The position numbers were made by a program, and so were the translations under genes. A stretch of DNA of 64,000 nt from IMG/VR virus record IMGVR_UViG_3300025770_001492, positions 181,523 to 245,522 of that record. One strand, given 5' to 3'. Position 1 is the first letter of the stretch, and each line of letters starts with the position of its first letter. Of the stretch, positions 39,267 to 48,699 are shown piece by piece. The notes beneath the pieces were generated by a model, which ran no database searches, was not told the DNA's origin, and saw only the letters and a program-made list of their open reading frames with translations.

Positions 39267-39428
39267 TCAACTAATAGAGTGTACTGAAATTAAGAATTTA
39301 AATATTTTATCGCTTACCACTTCAACTAGTCGGCGGATTAAGGCTGGGTTCATGTAGTTCCCAGTTATTGATTCGAAGTCCTTTGTGCAATTTAAAACTC
39401 CATCTACGTCTAGAAATATAACTTTCAC
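39267..39428 (-). pseudogene. Truncated HAD-family (HAD_SAK_2-like) fragment
   Basis: KVIFLDVDGVLN motif I only; ORF ends after about 53 aa. Confidence 0.55.
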
Positions 39429-39432
39429 CGTT

Positions 39433-39780
39433 TTATCTCGCATGAACAGAAGGATTTTCTGCCAACTCAACCACTTCAACCCTAAAGTCTACATAATCTT
39501 TTACTTTATTCTGCCATTCGAAAAAACGGATGTTCCAGCCTCTTTCTTCAACAAATTCCACATCTTGTTCTGTTAAGAAACAACATCCGTTTGGCATCCA
39601 CTCTTTTGAAAGATTCCTTTTCATCCATTTTTGACACACTTCTTCAGTTTTGAACAAAGGAACAACAGTTCGTCCTTCGAACTCATACACTACCAGCGGC
39701 ACCCAAGCCTCTTTGCCACATTCATTTTGTATATCCAGATAAGACATATCTCCAGCGGTTGTTACTGCGGCTATAAACAT
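39433..39780 (-). CDS. Hypothetical protein
   Basis: RBS ggag before MFIAAV. Confidence 0.6.
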   Translation of the reverse strand: MFIAAVTTAGDMSYLDIQNECGKEAWVPLVVYEFEGRTVVPLFKTEEVCQKWMKRNLSKEWMPNGCCFLTEQDVEFVEERGWNIRFFEWQNKVKDYVDFRVEVVELAENPSVHAR

Positions 39781-39793
39781 AATCAAACTCCAT

Positions 39794-40918
39794 TTACGAT
39801 TTTGGTGGTAGAACTGCATTCAGGGACTTTTGGTACTCGCCAGTCAAAAGCTTTTCTCGACCACATAGGCAGATTGGAATGACTTTTCTGGGGTCATCCA
39901 ATCCTTTGTCGTCGATACAGTAAGACAAAGTTGGTTCAATCCAGTTTGTGTCACCGTTGATTCTTTCAACTTCTCGAAGAAGAATTTTTTCCATAACTGC
40001 TCTGGATGGGCGAGGACAGTAAATTTCATGAGCAAACCGAGAAGCTAAGGCACCGCTCATGCTATTCTTGAATAAATTCAGATCATTCACTGTGGCCAAG
40101 CAAAGCATTTTCACATTTCTAGCCTTGTTTCCAATCCTGAAGTTCGTTCTTCGAATTTCTGCCCTATGATCCAAGATACCCAGTAGCCACCTGAGGTGAT
40201 TCTCTGGGGCTTTTTCTATTTCTTCCACAATCAATACTGGCGGAATAAACTCCGATTCTAAGAGCAATTTAGAAACACCTGCCTCAGTCATGCTGGTTGC
40301 GTCAAACTTGATAAACGCTTCATTTTCTGGCCCAAGCATTTTGCTTACTGAAATCAGAATGTCAGATTTTCCGCAACCAGGCGGGCCGTGTAAAACACAG
40401 TGAAATCTATTCTTCATGTTGGAGTCTTTAAATGCTTCCAATGCTGAATAAACTATATTTACATGGTGCTTTCTTTCGTAGATGTGATCAAAAAACCCAT
40501 TTTTTTCAAGCTCTATTTGACCATAGTCTTTTGGCTGGTTGTTTTTTTTGGACTCTTTGTCCTTTTTCGTCGCAATGCCTAAAAGATCACTAGCAGACTT
40601 AATTTTCCACGGAAACTTACCATAGGCAGAAGATTTAGACTTTTCATCTATCGCAGAAACAATTTTAGCCCACTGTGAATCTTTGGTGCTTGCGAAGCCC
40701 CTGCTTCGATCAAACTTTATTGTTTTGGACCACTTCCACACGCCATCGAAGATTTGAGGACCTTTGCTAGAAGCTACAGAATAGGACCAATTCCTTCCAC
40801 GATTTCCAGACAAGGATCTCTCAATCAGTTTTTTGACAGATTCTTCAATTTTTTGACTATTCGTTCTCTGTGTGCAAGATCTCTCAAGCACGATTTTGTA
40901 CGACATGTTCCACTCCAA
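39794..40918 (-). CDS. AAA+ ATPase
   Basis: HGPPGCGKS, LIVEEIEK, sensor-1 LATVN, ASRF arginine finger. Confidence 0.88.
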   Translation of the reverse strand: MEWNMSYKIVLERSCTQRTNSQKIEESVKKLIERSLSGNRGRNWSYSVASSKGPQIFDGVWKWSKTIKFDRSRGFASTKDSQWAKIVSAIDEKSKSSAYGKFPWKIKSASDLLGIATKKDKESKKNNQPKDYGQIELEKNGFFDHIYERKHHVNIVYSALEAFKDSNMKNRFHCVLHGPPGCGKSDILISVSKMLGPENEAFIKFDATSMTEAGVSKLLLESEFIPPVLIVEEIEKAPENHLRWLLGILDHRAEIRRTNFRIGNKARNVKMLCLATVNDLNLFKNSMSGALASRFAHEIYCPRPSRAVMEKILLREVERINGDTNWIEPTLSYCIDDKGLDDPRKVIPICLCGREKLLTGEYQKSLNAVLPPKS

Positions 40919-40986
40919 GTCTCAATAGTTGAAAGATTTCACTTACATCATACTGAAAATTTTGGAGGTGTAAATCAAAAATCTTG

Positions 40987-41427
40987 CTAATCGATAATGA
41001 TTTCTACGCCATCCATCGGATCTTCATTTAAGAGAACATCTTCTTGAGAATCTTGGACAGGCTGTCCTTCATTGAGTTTTTTTTCGGTTTCGTCCACCAC
41101 AACCTGCTCTACAGTTCCTTCGGTAGTCACCACATCTGGTTGGTCCATGATTAATTTGTCGGTCATTTTATCTTTCCTTTCTGGATGCGAAATTGTTTTA
41201 ACCAAGCGAGCTTCATTCTTTTTTACCAACAGCATGAAGTAATTGTCGCCTCGCCATTCTCCGTTTACAGGAACACGTCTTGCTCCATCAAAGGATGCTT
41301 TTGGGAGATCAAGTGTCCCTTTTGTGTTATTTCTATATAGATACTCGCCGTCACCTCTTAAGGCGTGTTCTAGCTTTTTTTTTCTAGCGGCTTTAGCCTC
41401 ATATTGATTTTTAAGTTTTCTTTTCAT
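40987..41427 (-). CDS. Hypothetical protein
   Basis: 146-aa ORF with acidic C-terminus. Confidence 0.6.
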   Translation of the reverse strand: MKRKLKNQYEAKAARKKKLEHALRGDGEYLYRNNTKGTLDLPKASFDGARRVPVNGEWRGDNYFMLLVKKNEARLVKTISHPERKDKMTDKLIMDQPDVVTTEGTVEQVVVDETEKKLNEGQPVQDSQEDVLLNEDPMDGVEIIID

Positions 41428-41535
41428 TCTTCATTCTCTCTTTCTGTGAATTCTTGTTCAAAAATTCTATTTACTTATTCTTTTAATGTAGTTAGAATTC
41501 AAACTTATTTAGAAGATTTCAAGGATAATGGAAAA

Positions 41536-41931
41536 ATGAGCAAAAAAAATCATCCGCATAAATGGGTAAATATCTATCCTCAAGGCACGAAAGAGGGAGA
41601 CGAGGAACAAAAGTTCTTTATCGCACTGGCTCGTCATCCTAAGTATGTGTGGAGAAGCACTTCTGCTCTTGCAAAGGAGTCGGGTCTCTCGTCGGAAAGA
41701 GTTGATGAGATCATAGTCAAATATTATAACAAGGGAATGATATTTCAAAATCCGAAGAATGAAGACCAGTGGGGATATTGGGAGCGTTGTCCATCATCTT
41801 TTTACGACAATAAGAAAAATTCTATAGCAAAAGTAGATCAGGAATCTAGAATAGACAGTGTTTCGTCAGCAATTTGGGACTGGTCCACGGTTTCTAAGAT
41901 TACTGCCGAACATCACCGTGGTCTTATCTAA
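41536..41931 (+). CDS. Hypothetical protein (possible winged helix)
   Basis: WRSTSALAKESGLSSERVDEII; start trimmed to MSKKNH. Confidence 0.55.
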   Translation: MSKKNHPHKWVNIYPQGTKEGDEEQKFFIALARHPKYVWRSTSALAKESGLSSERVDEIIVKYYNKGMIFQNPKNEDQWGYWERCPSSFYDNKKNSIAKVDQESRIDSVSSAIWDWSTVSKITAEHHRGLI

Positions 41932-41986
41932 CAGACGAGCACCCGATGCGATCAGCACGGCTAATCACTCAACATCTCATAAAAAG

Positions 41987-42012
41987 AAAAAGCCCGCTAT
42001 AGCGGGCTTTTT
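41987..42012. terminator. Perfect 26-nt palindrome, bidirectional terminator
   Basis: aaaaagcccgctatagcgggcttttt between convergent genes. Confidence 0.88.
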
Positions 42013-42038
42013 CAATATAAAAACAAATGAACTTATGA

Positions 42039-42281
42039 TTATTTTTTTGTTCTTCCCATTTGTGCTGCGTCGAGATCGTGAGTTGATTTTTTAGGAGCAA
42101 CCCAGAGATTCGGGTATTGTGCAGAGAAGTATGCAGGAGGATAATTTGCACTCCATCCTGTTCTTGCACGATTTTCGTCCGTGGTCTTTTCAGACGTTGG
42201 CTCTTCTACAACAAAGTTAGTTTCGAACGGTACAGGTAAAGAATTATCGTCTGCCCACTGTGTGAATGTCTTTAAACTCAT
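42039..42281 (-). CDS. Small protein with capsid-targeting-like N-terminus
   Basis: MSLKTFTQWADDN; RBS gagga; TATATA at 42319-42324. Confidence 0.65.
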   Translation of the reverse strand: MSLKTFTQWADDNSLPVPFETNFVVEEPTSEKTTDENRARTGWSANYPPAYFSAQYPNLWVAPKKSTHDLDAAQMGRTKK

Positions 42282-42391
42282 AATATTTTCCTCTGCAAAT
42301 AGTATTGCTGACTTATCTTATATAGTTTCCTCCATTGATTTTTTTATTTTTCTTATTTAAAATCAATGTCGTATTTCAAGGTATTTATGAT

Positions 42392-43069
42392 ATGAGTGAC
42401 AAAAATATTAAACAAAATATTCGTTTGATACCAATTGATCCAGAAGATAAGCATTCTGGAGCATTGGCCAAAAACGTCCATTGTAAGTGCGAGTTTTGCA
42501 ATAAGACATCATTGTTTGACTCCTTTTCTATTGAAATCTGTGAAAGGATGTCGGGAAACTCCTTCTATTGCCCGTTTTGCTTGAGGAATGGATACGATAA
42601 AAAAAACAACAAACACATTTTAATTTTAAGCTTTAAAGCTATATCTGCACATTGGTTCTACAAACTGCACAAGGGAAGAAATGAAATATGGCTTTCTGAA
42701 ATTAAGGATCAATTAAAAAAACATGAAGCCGTTGGTCTCATGAATCCGGCGTTCAATTATGACCCAGAAACCTTTCTTTGGTTTATCGATTTCTCCAAAG
42801 TTGGAAAAGGAAAAAGAGTAAAGCTGTCCGAGGTGCTTTTTACCGTTGATTCAATGATGCCTTGTTTCGGTTTAGAGAAACATGTTTCTCTAAATTCGAT
42901 CAAGTTACTCAGAGACAAATATAGAGACGCCATTGAAAAGTTTCATTCCAAACGATACAGGCCGAAAAATAGGCCACAATTAATTCCAACTCTGTCCTTG
43001 GCAGGCCAGTCAAAGAGCAGTTCTAGCTTGAGAAACTTTTCTATGGATAATTTGAAAATTAAATTGTAA
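42392..43069 (+). CDS. Hypothetical zinc-finger protein
   Basis: CEFC...CPFC. Confidence 0.6.
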   Translation: MSDKNIKQNIRLIPIDPEDKHSGALAKNVHCKCEFCNKTSLFDSFSIEICERMSGNSFYCPFCLRNGYDKKNNKHILILSFKAISAHWFYKLHKGRNEIWLSEIKDQLKKHEAVGLMNPAFNYDPETFLWFIDFSKVGKGKRVKLSEVLFTVDSMMPCFGLEKHVSLNSIKLLRDKYRDAIEKFHSKRYRPKNRPQLIPTLSLAGQSKSSSSLRNFSMDNLKIKL

Positions 43070-43075
43070 ATCACG

Positions 43076-43104
43076 TTGACTAATCTTAATTTAATCACTA
43101 AAGT
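43076..43104 (+). promoter_or_regulatory. Sigma70-like promoter
   Basis: TTGACT-17-TAAAGT. Confidence 0.5.
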
Positions 43105-43147
43105 AAAAAACATACAAACTAAGGACTCTTTTTTAGGAGAAAACCAC

Positions 43148-43387
43148 ATGAGTCAAATGCCAGTAAAAGTTTCTACACGTACCGTGGAAGGAGCTTCTGT
43201 TTATGAAGCAACTGTACAAATTCCAGAAATTCGACCAACTAAGTTAGTTCGAAAAGCAGATGGCTCAACGAGATTCCCATCTCGCAGTGCCGCTCTAACT
43301 TCTGCCCGAAGCCTTGCTAAAAAGCTTGGATATGTTGATGGAGTTGAAGACACTGGTAATACTGCCAAGAACAGAAAAACCAAGTAA
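43148..43387 (+). CDS. Hypothetical small basic protein
   Basis: RBS aggaga; followed by a terminator. Confidence 0.65.
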   Translation: MSQMPVKVSTRTVEGASVYEATVQIPEIRPTKLVRKADGSTRFPSRSAALTSARSLAKKLGYVDGVEDTGNTAKNRKTK

Positions 43388-43446
43388 TTAATATGCCTCC
43401 TATCATGTTGGACTCGATGGCATCATGCACTCGGATTCAAATATGA

Positions 43447-43482
43447 GAAAAAGACAAGCTCTTTGAGCTTGTCTTTTTTTTT
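43447..43482. terminator. Intrinsic terminator
   Basis: aaaagacaagctc-ttt-gagcttgtctttt plus T tract. Confidence 0.85.
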
Positions 43483-43541
43483 GCTAAAATCTCACTACAG
43501 TTTTATTATTTTTTGCACTCATGGTGCATAGGTTATTTTGT

Positions 43542-43772
43542 CTACGGCCTGCCTAACGCTTTCAACACGGCTTGTCTTCTTTTTCTTTCTACTTCTCTTC
43601 TCTTTTTAGAAAGTCCGCTAACGCTTAAAGATTGAGACGACACATTGTTTTGAAGGGCTTGTTGTCGTATTTGAGCAGGCGAGGAACCATTGCTCAAAAC
43701 CCCCCTTTTTGCAGGACCAGCTATTGGCCTTCTTCCTACTCCTCTTTTCCCTTTTCCGCAACCACATCCCAT
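43542..43772 (-). CDS. Small basic protein with N-terminal MGCGCGK
   Basis: RBS aggaggtg; Arg/Lys rich. Confidence 0.7.
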   Translation of the reverse strand: MGCGCGKGKRGVGRRPIAGPAKRGVLSNGSSPAQIRQQALQNNVSSQSLSVSGLSKKRREVERKRRQAVLKALGRP

Positions 43773-43782
43773 TTTTCACCTC

Positions 43783-43908
43783 CTAAAGAAAGACTTTTTT
43801 AATTGCTGGCTTGATTTTTTGCTTGATTCGCAACTTTTTTTTTCTACATCCGCAAGGTTTGCGTTTTTTTTGAGTTGGTCTTACTTTTTTAACTTTGACA
43901 ATACTCAT
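43783..43908 (-). CDS. 41-aa Lys-rich peptide with CGC motif (not in ORF track)
   Basis: MSIVKVKKVRPTQKKRKPCGCRKKKLRIKQKIKPAIKKVFL; TATATA 5 nt upstream. Confidence 0.6.
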   Translation of the reverse strand: MSIVKVKKVRPTQKKRKPCGCRKKKLRIKQKIKPAIKKVFL

Positions 43909-43923
43909 AAAATTATATAGAAT
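43895..43923 (+). promoter_or_regulatory. Near-consensus sigma70 promoter for the TPR-GT operon
   Basis: TTGACA-17-TAGAAT. Confidence 0.7.
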
Positions 43924-43952
43924 TTATTAGTTATTATTCTAAGGAGCCAAAG

Positions 43953-45449
43953 ATGCAAAAAGAAGAATTAGAAGAACTTTTAAAAGATAGTCTTCATAAA
44001 TCTGAATGTTTATTTAACCACAAAAGGTTTAAGGAATCTGAAATAGTTCTGAGTCAACTTTTGAAGGTCGATCCTGAAAACTTCAAAGCTATGCAGCTTC
44101 TCGGATTGTGCCACTATAGAAAGGGCGAAAACGAAGAAGCTATAGAAAAATTTTCTGAATCTTTAAAAATAGATCCATCTAATTCAGAAAATCACAACAA
44201 CTTATCGTTGTGTTACGGCAAAACTGGCAAGGTAGAAAAAGCTATCAAACACATGGAAAAAGCTATAGAATTAAATCCCAATAAGGAGAATTACTATAGC
44301 AACTTAGGCATGCTGTGCAGGCAGGGTGGAGATACTGGAAAAGCTATAGAGCTTTATAAAAAGTCCATAAAAATAAATCCTAATTCTCAACATTCTTGGA
44401 TCAACTTAGGTTCTGCTTATGGGATCTTAAAGGAATTAGATAAAGCAATCGAATGTTTCGAGAAGGCTATAGAGATAGATGACAAGCCTCAGTATCACGT
44501 TGACCTTGCATACGCCTACCATCTTAAAGGCGAAATGAAGAAGGGATGGAAAGAATACGAACACAGACTGAGCTACTTCCCGCAATTGAGAAAAGTAAGA
44601 AAGGCATATGATGAAGAAAAAAGATGGACAGGGCAAGACATAGAGGGCAAGAAAATAGTTGTATATGGCGAGCAGGGCAAAGGAGACTTAATTCAATTTT
44701 CTAGATTTATACCAAAACTATGCGAACTAAGTCCAAGTTCAATCGTTTTTGTAGTACCAGAAGGTACAGAAAGTCTATTTGAATTTGGATGTTCTTTTGT
44801 CACCATCACATGCGAAGATGTAAAAGATTATGATCATCATTGCTCCGTCGTCAGTTTGCCAAGTTTACTCGAAATTAAAGATCTCAGCTTACCACCAAGT
44901 GAATCTTTCAGAATAAATCAGAATAAAAAAATTGATTTGAGTGTAGATAATGAACTCTTCAAAGTCGGAATAGTTTGGGCAGGCAACCCTCAGCATCCTA
45001 ACGACCTAAACAGATCTTTTCCTTTGAGGTTTTTCAAGCCTATCGAAGAAGTTCCAAATGTAAAATTGTTTTCTATGCAAAAAGACTTAAGAAAGAGGGC
45101 GTACCCACATCACCCAGATCCTATCGATCTAACTCAAGGTGCTGATGATATGAAAATTATAGACATGTCTAAAACTATGGAAACTTTTGAAGACACAGCT
45201 TCAATTATTAGAGAGTTAGACTTAGTTATAACAGCAGATACTTCTGTGGCACATCTCGCCGGAACAATTGGCAAAGAAACCTGGACATTGCTTCCTTTTA
45301 ATCCTGATTGGAGATGGAAGCTGGAAGGTGAGCAGACTGAGTGGTATCCAAACATGAGGCTTTTCAGACAGCAAGCATTTGGTGACTGGGATGGTTTGTT
45401 TAAAGATGTTCAAAAAGAATTAATTGAAAAAGTAAAGGAATCGAAATGA
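43953..45449 (+). CDS. TPR-repeat protein with C-terminal GT-B (GT9-like) glycosyltransferase
   Basis: About 5-6 TPRs; EQGKGDLIQF, GIVWAGNP, LDLVITADTSVAHLAG, DWRW. Confidence 0.88.
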   Translation: MQKEELEELLKDSLHKSECLFNHKRFKESEIVLSQLLKVDPENFKAMQLLGLCHYRKGENEEAIEKFSESLKIDPSNSENHNNLSLCYGKTGKVEKAIKHMEKAIELNPNKENYYSNLGMLCRQGGDTGKAIELYKKSIKINPNSQHSWINLGSAYGILKELDKAIECFEKAIEIDDKPQYHVDLAYAYHLKGEMKKGWKEYEHRLSYFPQLRKVRKAYDEEKRWTGQDIEGKKIVVYGEQGKGDLIQFSRFIPKLCELSPSSIVFVVPEGTESLFEFGCSFVTITCEDVKDYDHHCSVVSLPSLLEIKDLSLPPSESFRINQNKKIDLSVDNELFKVGIVWAGNPQHPNDLNRSFPLRFFKPIEEVPNVKLFSMQKDLRKRAYPHHPDPIDLTQGADDMKIIDMSKTMETFEDTASIIRELDLVITADTSVAHLAGTIGKETWTLLPFNPDWRWKLEGEQTEWYPNMRLFRQQAFGDWDGLFKDVQKELIEKVKESK

Positions 45450-46159
45450 TTGGAATATTAGGGTTTTATAAAGAAATAAATGATCTTCGCTACAACGCTC
45501 CGTTAATCTACGGATTAGATAGAGTTGCGGAAACAGTTAAAGAGAGAAAAGAAGATTGTACCAACATGTATGATCCAGAAGTTACTTTTGACTATGCAAA
45601 GTCTAGAGTTTCCGAAGAGGCTTTAAAAGAGGCTCAAAAAGGCGACGTAGAAGTCGCTACAAAAGATTCTAATCTCTTTACATTTGACAATTTTTCATTT
45701 AATACTGTTAGTGAGGAAGTGGGAAAAGTTTTCAAAGGGTACAAGGGCGGAATTGGCCTAAGCGGAAGGATATGGTATCCACCAGCAGGGTACATGGGCT
45801 GGCACACCAACAGTAACAGCACAGGATATAGATTGTATTGTTCACATTCAGCCGTTGGAGGAGCTTCCTTCTTCAGATTTTTTGACCCCATAAACAAAGA
45901 AATTGTTACTAGCTGGGACGAGCCAGGATGGAACTTCAGGATGTTTCACGTAAATGAAGATGTTAATTTTTGGCACTGCGTATACTCAGAAACCGATAGA
46001 ATAAGTATAGGATATAATTTAAATCTGGGAGATGTTTCGCCATCCAGCGATAAAGAGCAAGAGCAAGAGCAAGAGCAAGAGCAAGAGCAAGAGCAAGAGC
46101 AAGAGCAAGAGCAAGAGCAAGAGCAAGAGCAAGAGCAAGAGCAAGAGCAAAGTTCGTAG
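45446..46159 (+). CDS. Putative 2OG-Fe(II)/cupin-fold oxygenase with (EQ)16 tail
   Basis: YPPAGYMGWHTN...FWHCV...RISIG. Confidence 0.6.
   Translation: MIGILGFYKEINDLRYNAPLIYGLDRVAETVKERKEDCTNMYDPEVTFDYAKSRVSEEALKEAQKGDVEVATKDSNLFTFDNFSFNTVSEEVGKVFKGYKGGIGLSGRIWYPPAGYMGWHTNSNSTGYRLYCSHSAVGGASFFRFFDPINKEIVTSWDEPGWNFRMFHVNEDVNFWHCVYSETDRISIGYNLNLGDVSPSSDKEQEQEQEQEQEQEQEQEQEQEQEQEQEQEQEQSS
46055..46150 (+). repeat. (GAGCAA)16 perfect hexanucleotide repeat
   Basis: 96 nt encoding (EQ)16. Confidence 0.95.
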
Positions 46160-46177
46160 GATCAGTCTGGCGTTTAA

Positions 46178-46840
46178 ATGAAAAAGTCTAAAAACAAAAT
46201 CATGAAACCAACGAAAGTTTTGCCGCCTTTGATTTTTGGATTTTTGTTTTCATTGTTTATAATATCTCTAATTCTAAAAACGACCAATGATTACAGTTAT
46301 CCAGAGAGTTATCTTGTCAAAGACTTCCCTCTACTGGAGCAACCAGATCAAATAACATGCGGCCCAACCAGTTGCGCCATGCTGATAAATCATTATGGTC
46401 ACGAAGTCACAATACAAAGTGTAAGCAAAGAAACTAAAACAAAGTGGATTTCTTACAAGAACGAAAACATAGGAATGACATCGCCAGACTATATCCAAAT
46501 AGCCTTGAAAAAATTTGGCATTAGATCAAAAGTTAAAACAGGAAACTTAGACCAACTTGAACACTACGTGAGCCAAGATAGGTTGCCAATTGTTTTACTT
46601 AGGAGCGGAGAGAAAACGTGGCACTATGTAGTCGCCATGGGATACAATGATAAAGAAGTATTTCTCGCAGATCCTGGTTGGGGAGAAGTGAGAAAAATCA
46701 AAAATGAAGTTTTCCTAAGATCTTGGGAATTCGCAGGGGACATGCGAGGAAACACCCTCCCGACTGACGATGTAATTTCTTTTTTGGTGCTAATGGCAGA
46801 CGTTCAGAAGAAAACTATGATAGTACCGGATAAGCAATGA
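46178..46840 (+). CDS. C39-family cysteine peptidase with N-terminal TM segment
   Basis: QPDQITCGPTSCAM, WHYVV, ADPG. Confidence 0.88.
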   Translation: MKKSKNKIMKPTKVLPPLIFGFLFSLFIISLILKTTNDYSYPESYLVKDFPLLEQPDQITCGPTSCAMLINHYGHEVTIQSVSKETKTKWISYKNENIGMTSPDYIQIALKKFGIRSKVKTGNLDQLEHYVSQDRLPIVLLRSGEKTWHYVVAMGYNDKEVFLADPGWGEVRKIKNEVFLRSWEFAGDMRGNTLPTDDVISFLVLMADVQKKTMIVPDKQ

Positions 46841-47769
46841 TTAATATTTACTATAGAATAAGCAGCAATAGTTACAAAAAGGGAAAACTTCCTGGTTGTA
46901 CCAAGGAACTTTGTCTTAAAAATTTTCTAGAGAATGTATATGAGCCTTCTCTGTCCTATTGTGGTGTGGGTCTGCCCTATGTAAATTCTGACATAAATAT
47001 GAGGATCATAGCTGACAACTGTTCTAGCGAACTAATTGGTTGCATCAATGCCGCATGCTCCCCTTATGAAAAGGTTGAAGTTAGAGAGACGAGCAATGGT
47101 AATGCTGGATCTTTTATTTATTGTGTAGAAGATGCAATATCACATGTGGCCACAATAGATACTGCATCGAACGTTCGGTTTGGGGATAAAGAAGACATAG
47201 TTTATTTTGTCGAGGATGATTATCTTCATAAATGCCATGACTATGAAAACCCAAATCATCCAAAACTCTTAGACACTCTGAAAGAAGGTTTGAGCATTGC
47301 CGACTACTCCACTCTGTACGATCACCCAGATAAATATATGGCACAATATGAGTTTGGGGAATTTTCGAAAGTTTTAAAGACAACTTCATCTCATTGGAAG
47401 CACAGCATTAGTACAACTATGACATTTGCTTCTAAAGTTAAAACTCTCACAGAAGATTTGGAAATATGGAAAAAATGGACGGATGGAAATCACCCTCGTG
47501 ATCATTCGGCCTTTGAAGAGCTTGCTTCGAAGGGCAGGAATCTATCAGTAGCCATTCCTGGACTCGCTGTCCATACCGACCTCACTCACTCAGAGCACAC
47601 CTACAACGAACATAGTGGCTCTATTTTGATCGACACATGGGCGATCAATCTTGTTGAGAGGGAAATTTTAAAGGATGTGAAAGATCCTCCTTGGCATGTA
47701 TTTGAAAAAGCAGAAACGCCTCTCAATAGACTTATGATGATTGAAGCCTTTGCTTTTTTGAATAAGTAA
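46837..47769 (+). CDS. Putative GT-A glycosyltransferase
   Basis: IIADNCS, YFVEDDYLH, LYDHPDKY, STTMTFA. Confidence 0.6.
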   Translation: MINIYYRISSNSYKKGKLPGCTKELCLKNFLENVYEPSLSYCGVGLPYVNSDINMRIIADNCSSELIGCINAACSPYEKVEVRETSNGNAGSFIYCVEDAISHVATIDTASNVRFGDKEDIVYFVEDDYLHKCHDYENPNHPKLLDTLKEGLSIADYSTLYDHPDKYMAQYEFGEFSKVLKTTSSHWKHSISTTMTFASKVKTLTEDLEIWKKWTDGNHPRDHSAFEELASKGRNLSVAIPGLAVHTDLTHSEHTYNEHSGSILIDTWAINLVEREILKDVKDPPWHVFEKAETPLNRLMMIEAFAFLNK

Positions 47770-47786
47770 GATGAATTTTAGAACAA

Positions 47787-48611
47787 TTACATTTCTGCCA
47801 TATTGATTCTATCAATATTTTTTGGCATGGTAAAATTGCTCTCGTGAATGTGTGAATTTACTTTAATTTTTTTAATTGACCACTCCATTACAAAATTCTC
47901 TTCATGCCATATTGTTTTTATTTTAGAAGGTATCAGTGACCCTCCTACTTCTTTAAATTTCAGTATTTCTGTGCTGATTATTATGTTCCCGTTCATTCTG
48001 TGAAGATAGTTCCCTATAACTCTTTCAGTTTCAGGATCTATTAGGGTGGTTCTTTTTACTATGCCCTCACTAGTTTGGATAATTTTTCTTATGTAGACAA
48101 ACTTTTCATGATATCCAGTTTGCACTGCTTCTTTATTTATTTCGCTTACCCCTATGCAGGATTTTAGCCATATTGGATTGAGTGGAGATTTTAATCTTGT
48201 TTTTCCCACATCCTCATTTTTGGCATAGTACAAAGATGACGGCTTCATTCTCTTCGACCAAAACCAGAAATTCTCCTGATTCATACCTATATCAAGCTCT
48301 TTTCCGGCGATTGAATTGCTTATCATTCTGAAGTTGTTTTCTTTTTCATAGTTTAAGTTGGCTCTAGCGTCAAAAGGGCTTCCTTTTATATCTATTTTGA
48401 AATTTTCGTATGTTATGCTTTTTATTTTGGAGTTATCGATGTTAATTGAGTCAATTAATTTGCTTATTTCTTGATCGATTTCAGGATCGTTCTTGATTTC
48501 TTTTTCTTCAATAATTGGGGGAATGTATATTGGATCTGGCACCTTTTGTCTATTTGACAAGAGCACCACGGTCAAGCAGCTTAGAATGCCTATTGCAAGT
48601 ATTTTTTTCAT
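47787..48611 (-). CDS. Membrane-anchored protein, possible LolA-like fold
   Basis: N-terminal hydrophobic anchor; ELDIGMNQENFWFW...PLNPIWL; beta-rich. Confidence 0.5.
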   Translation of the reverse strand: MKKILAIGILSCLTVVLLSNRQKVPDPIYIPPIIEEKEIKNDPEIDQEISKLIDSINIDNSKIKSITYENFKIDIKGSPFDARANLNYEKENNFRMISNSIAGKELDIGMNQENFWFWSKRMKPSSLYYAKNEDVGKTRLKSPLNPIWLKSCIGVSEINKEAVQTGYHEKFVYIRKIIQTSEGIVKRTTLIDPETERVIGNYLHRMNGNIIISTEILKFKEVGGSLIPSKIKTIWHEENFVMEWSIKKIKVNSHIHESNFTMPKNIDRINMAEM

Positions 48612-48699
48612 TTTATAATCTATTGAAAAAATGTAGATTTATAACGTATATAGTTTAAATGGGCTATTAATGGCCATGCTATTGAAATGGAGAATAAAA

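Noticed and set aside
39794-40918. Calling the AAA+ ATPase RuvB or a clamp loader
   Set aside because: Only generic AAA+ motifs are visible and family-specific motifs were not recognised
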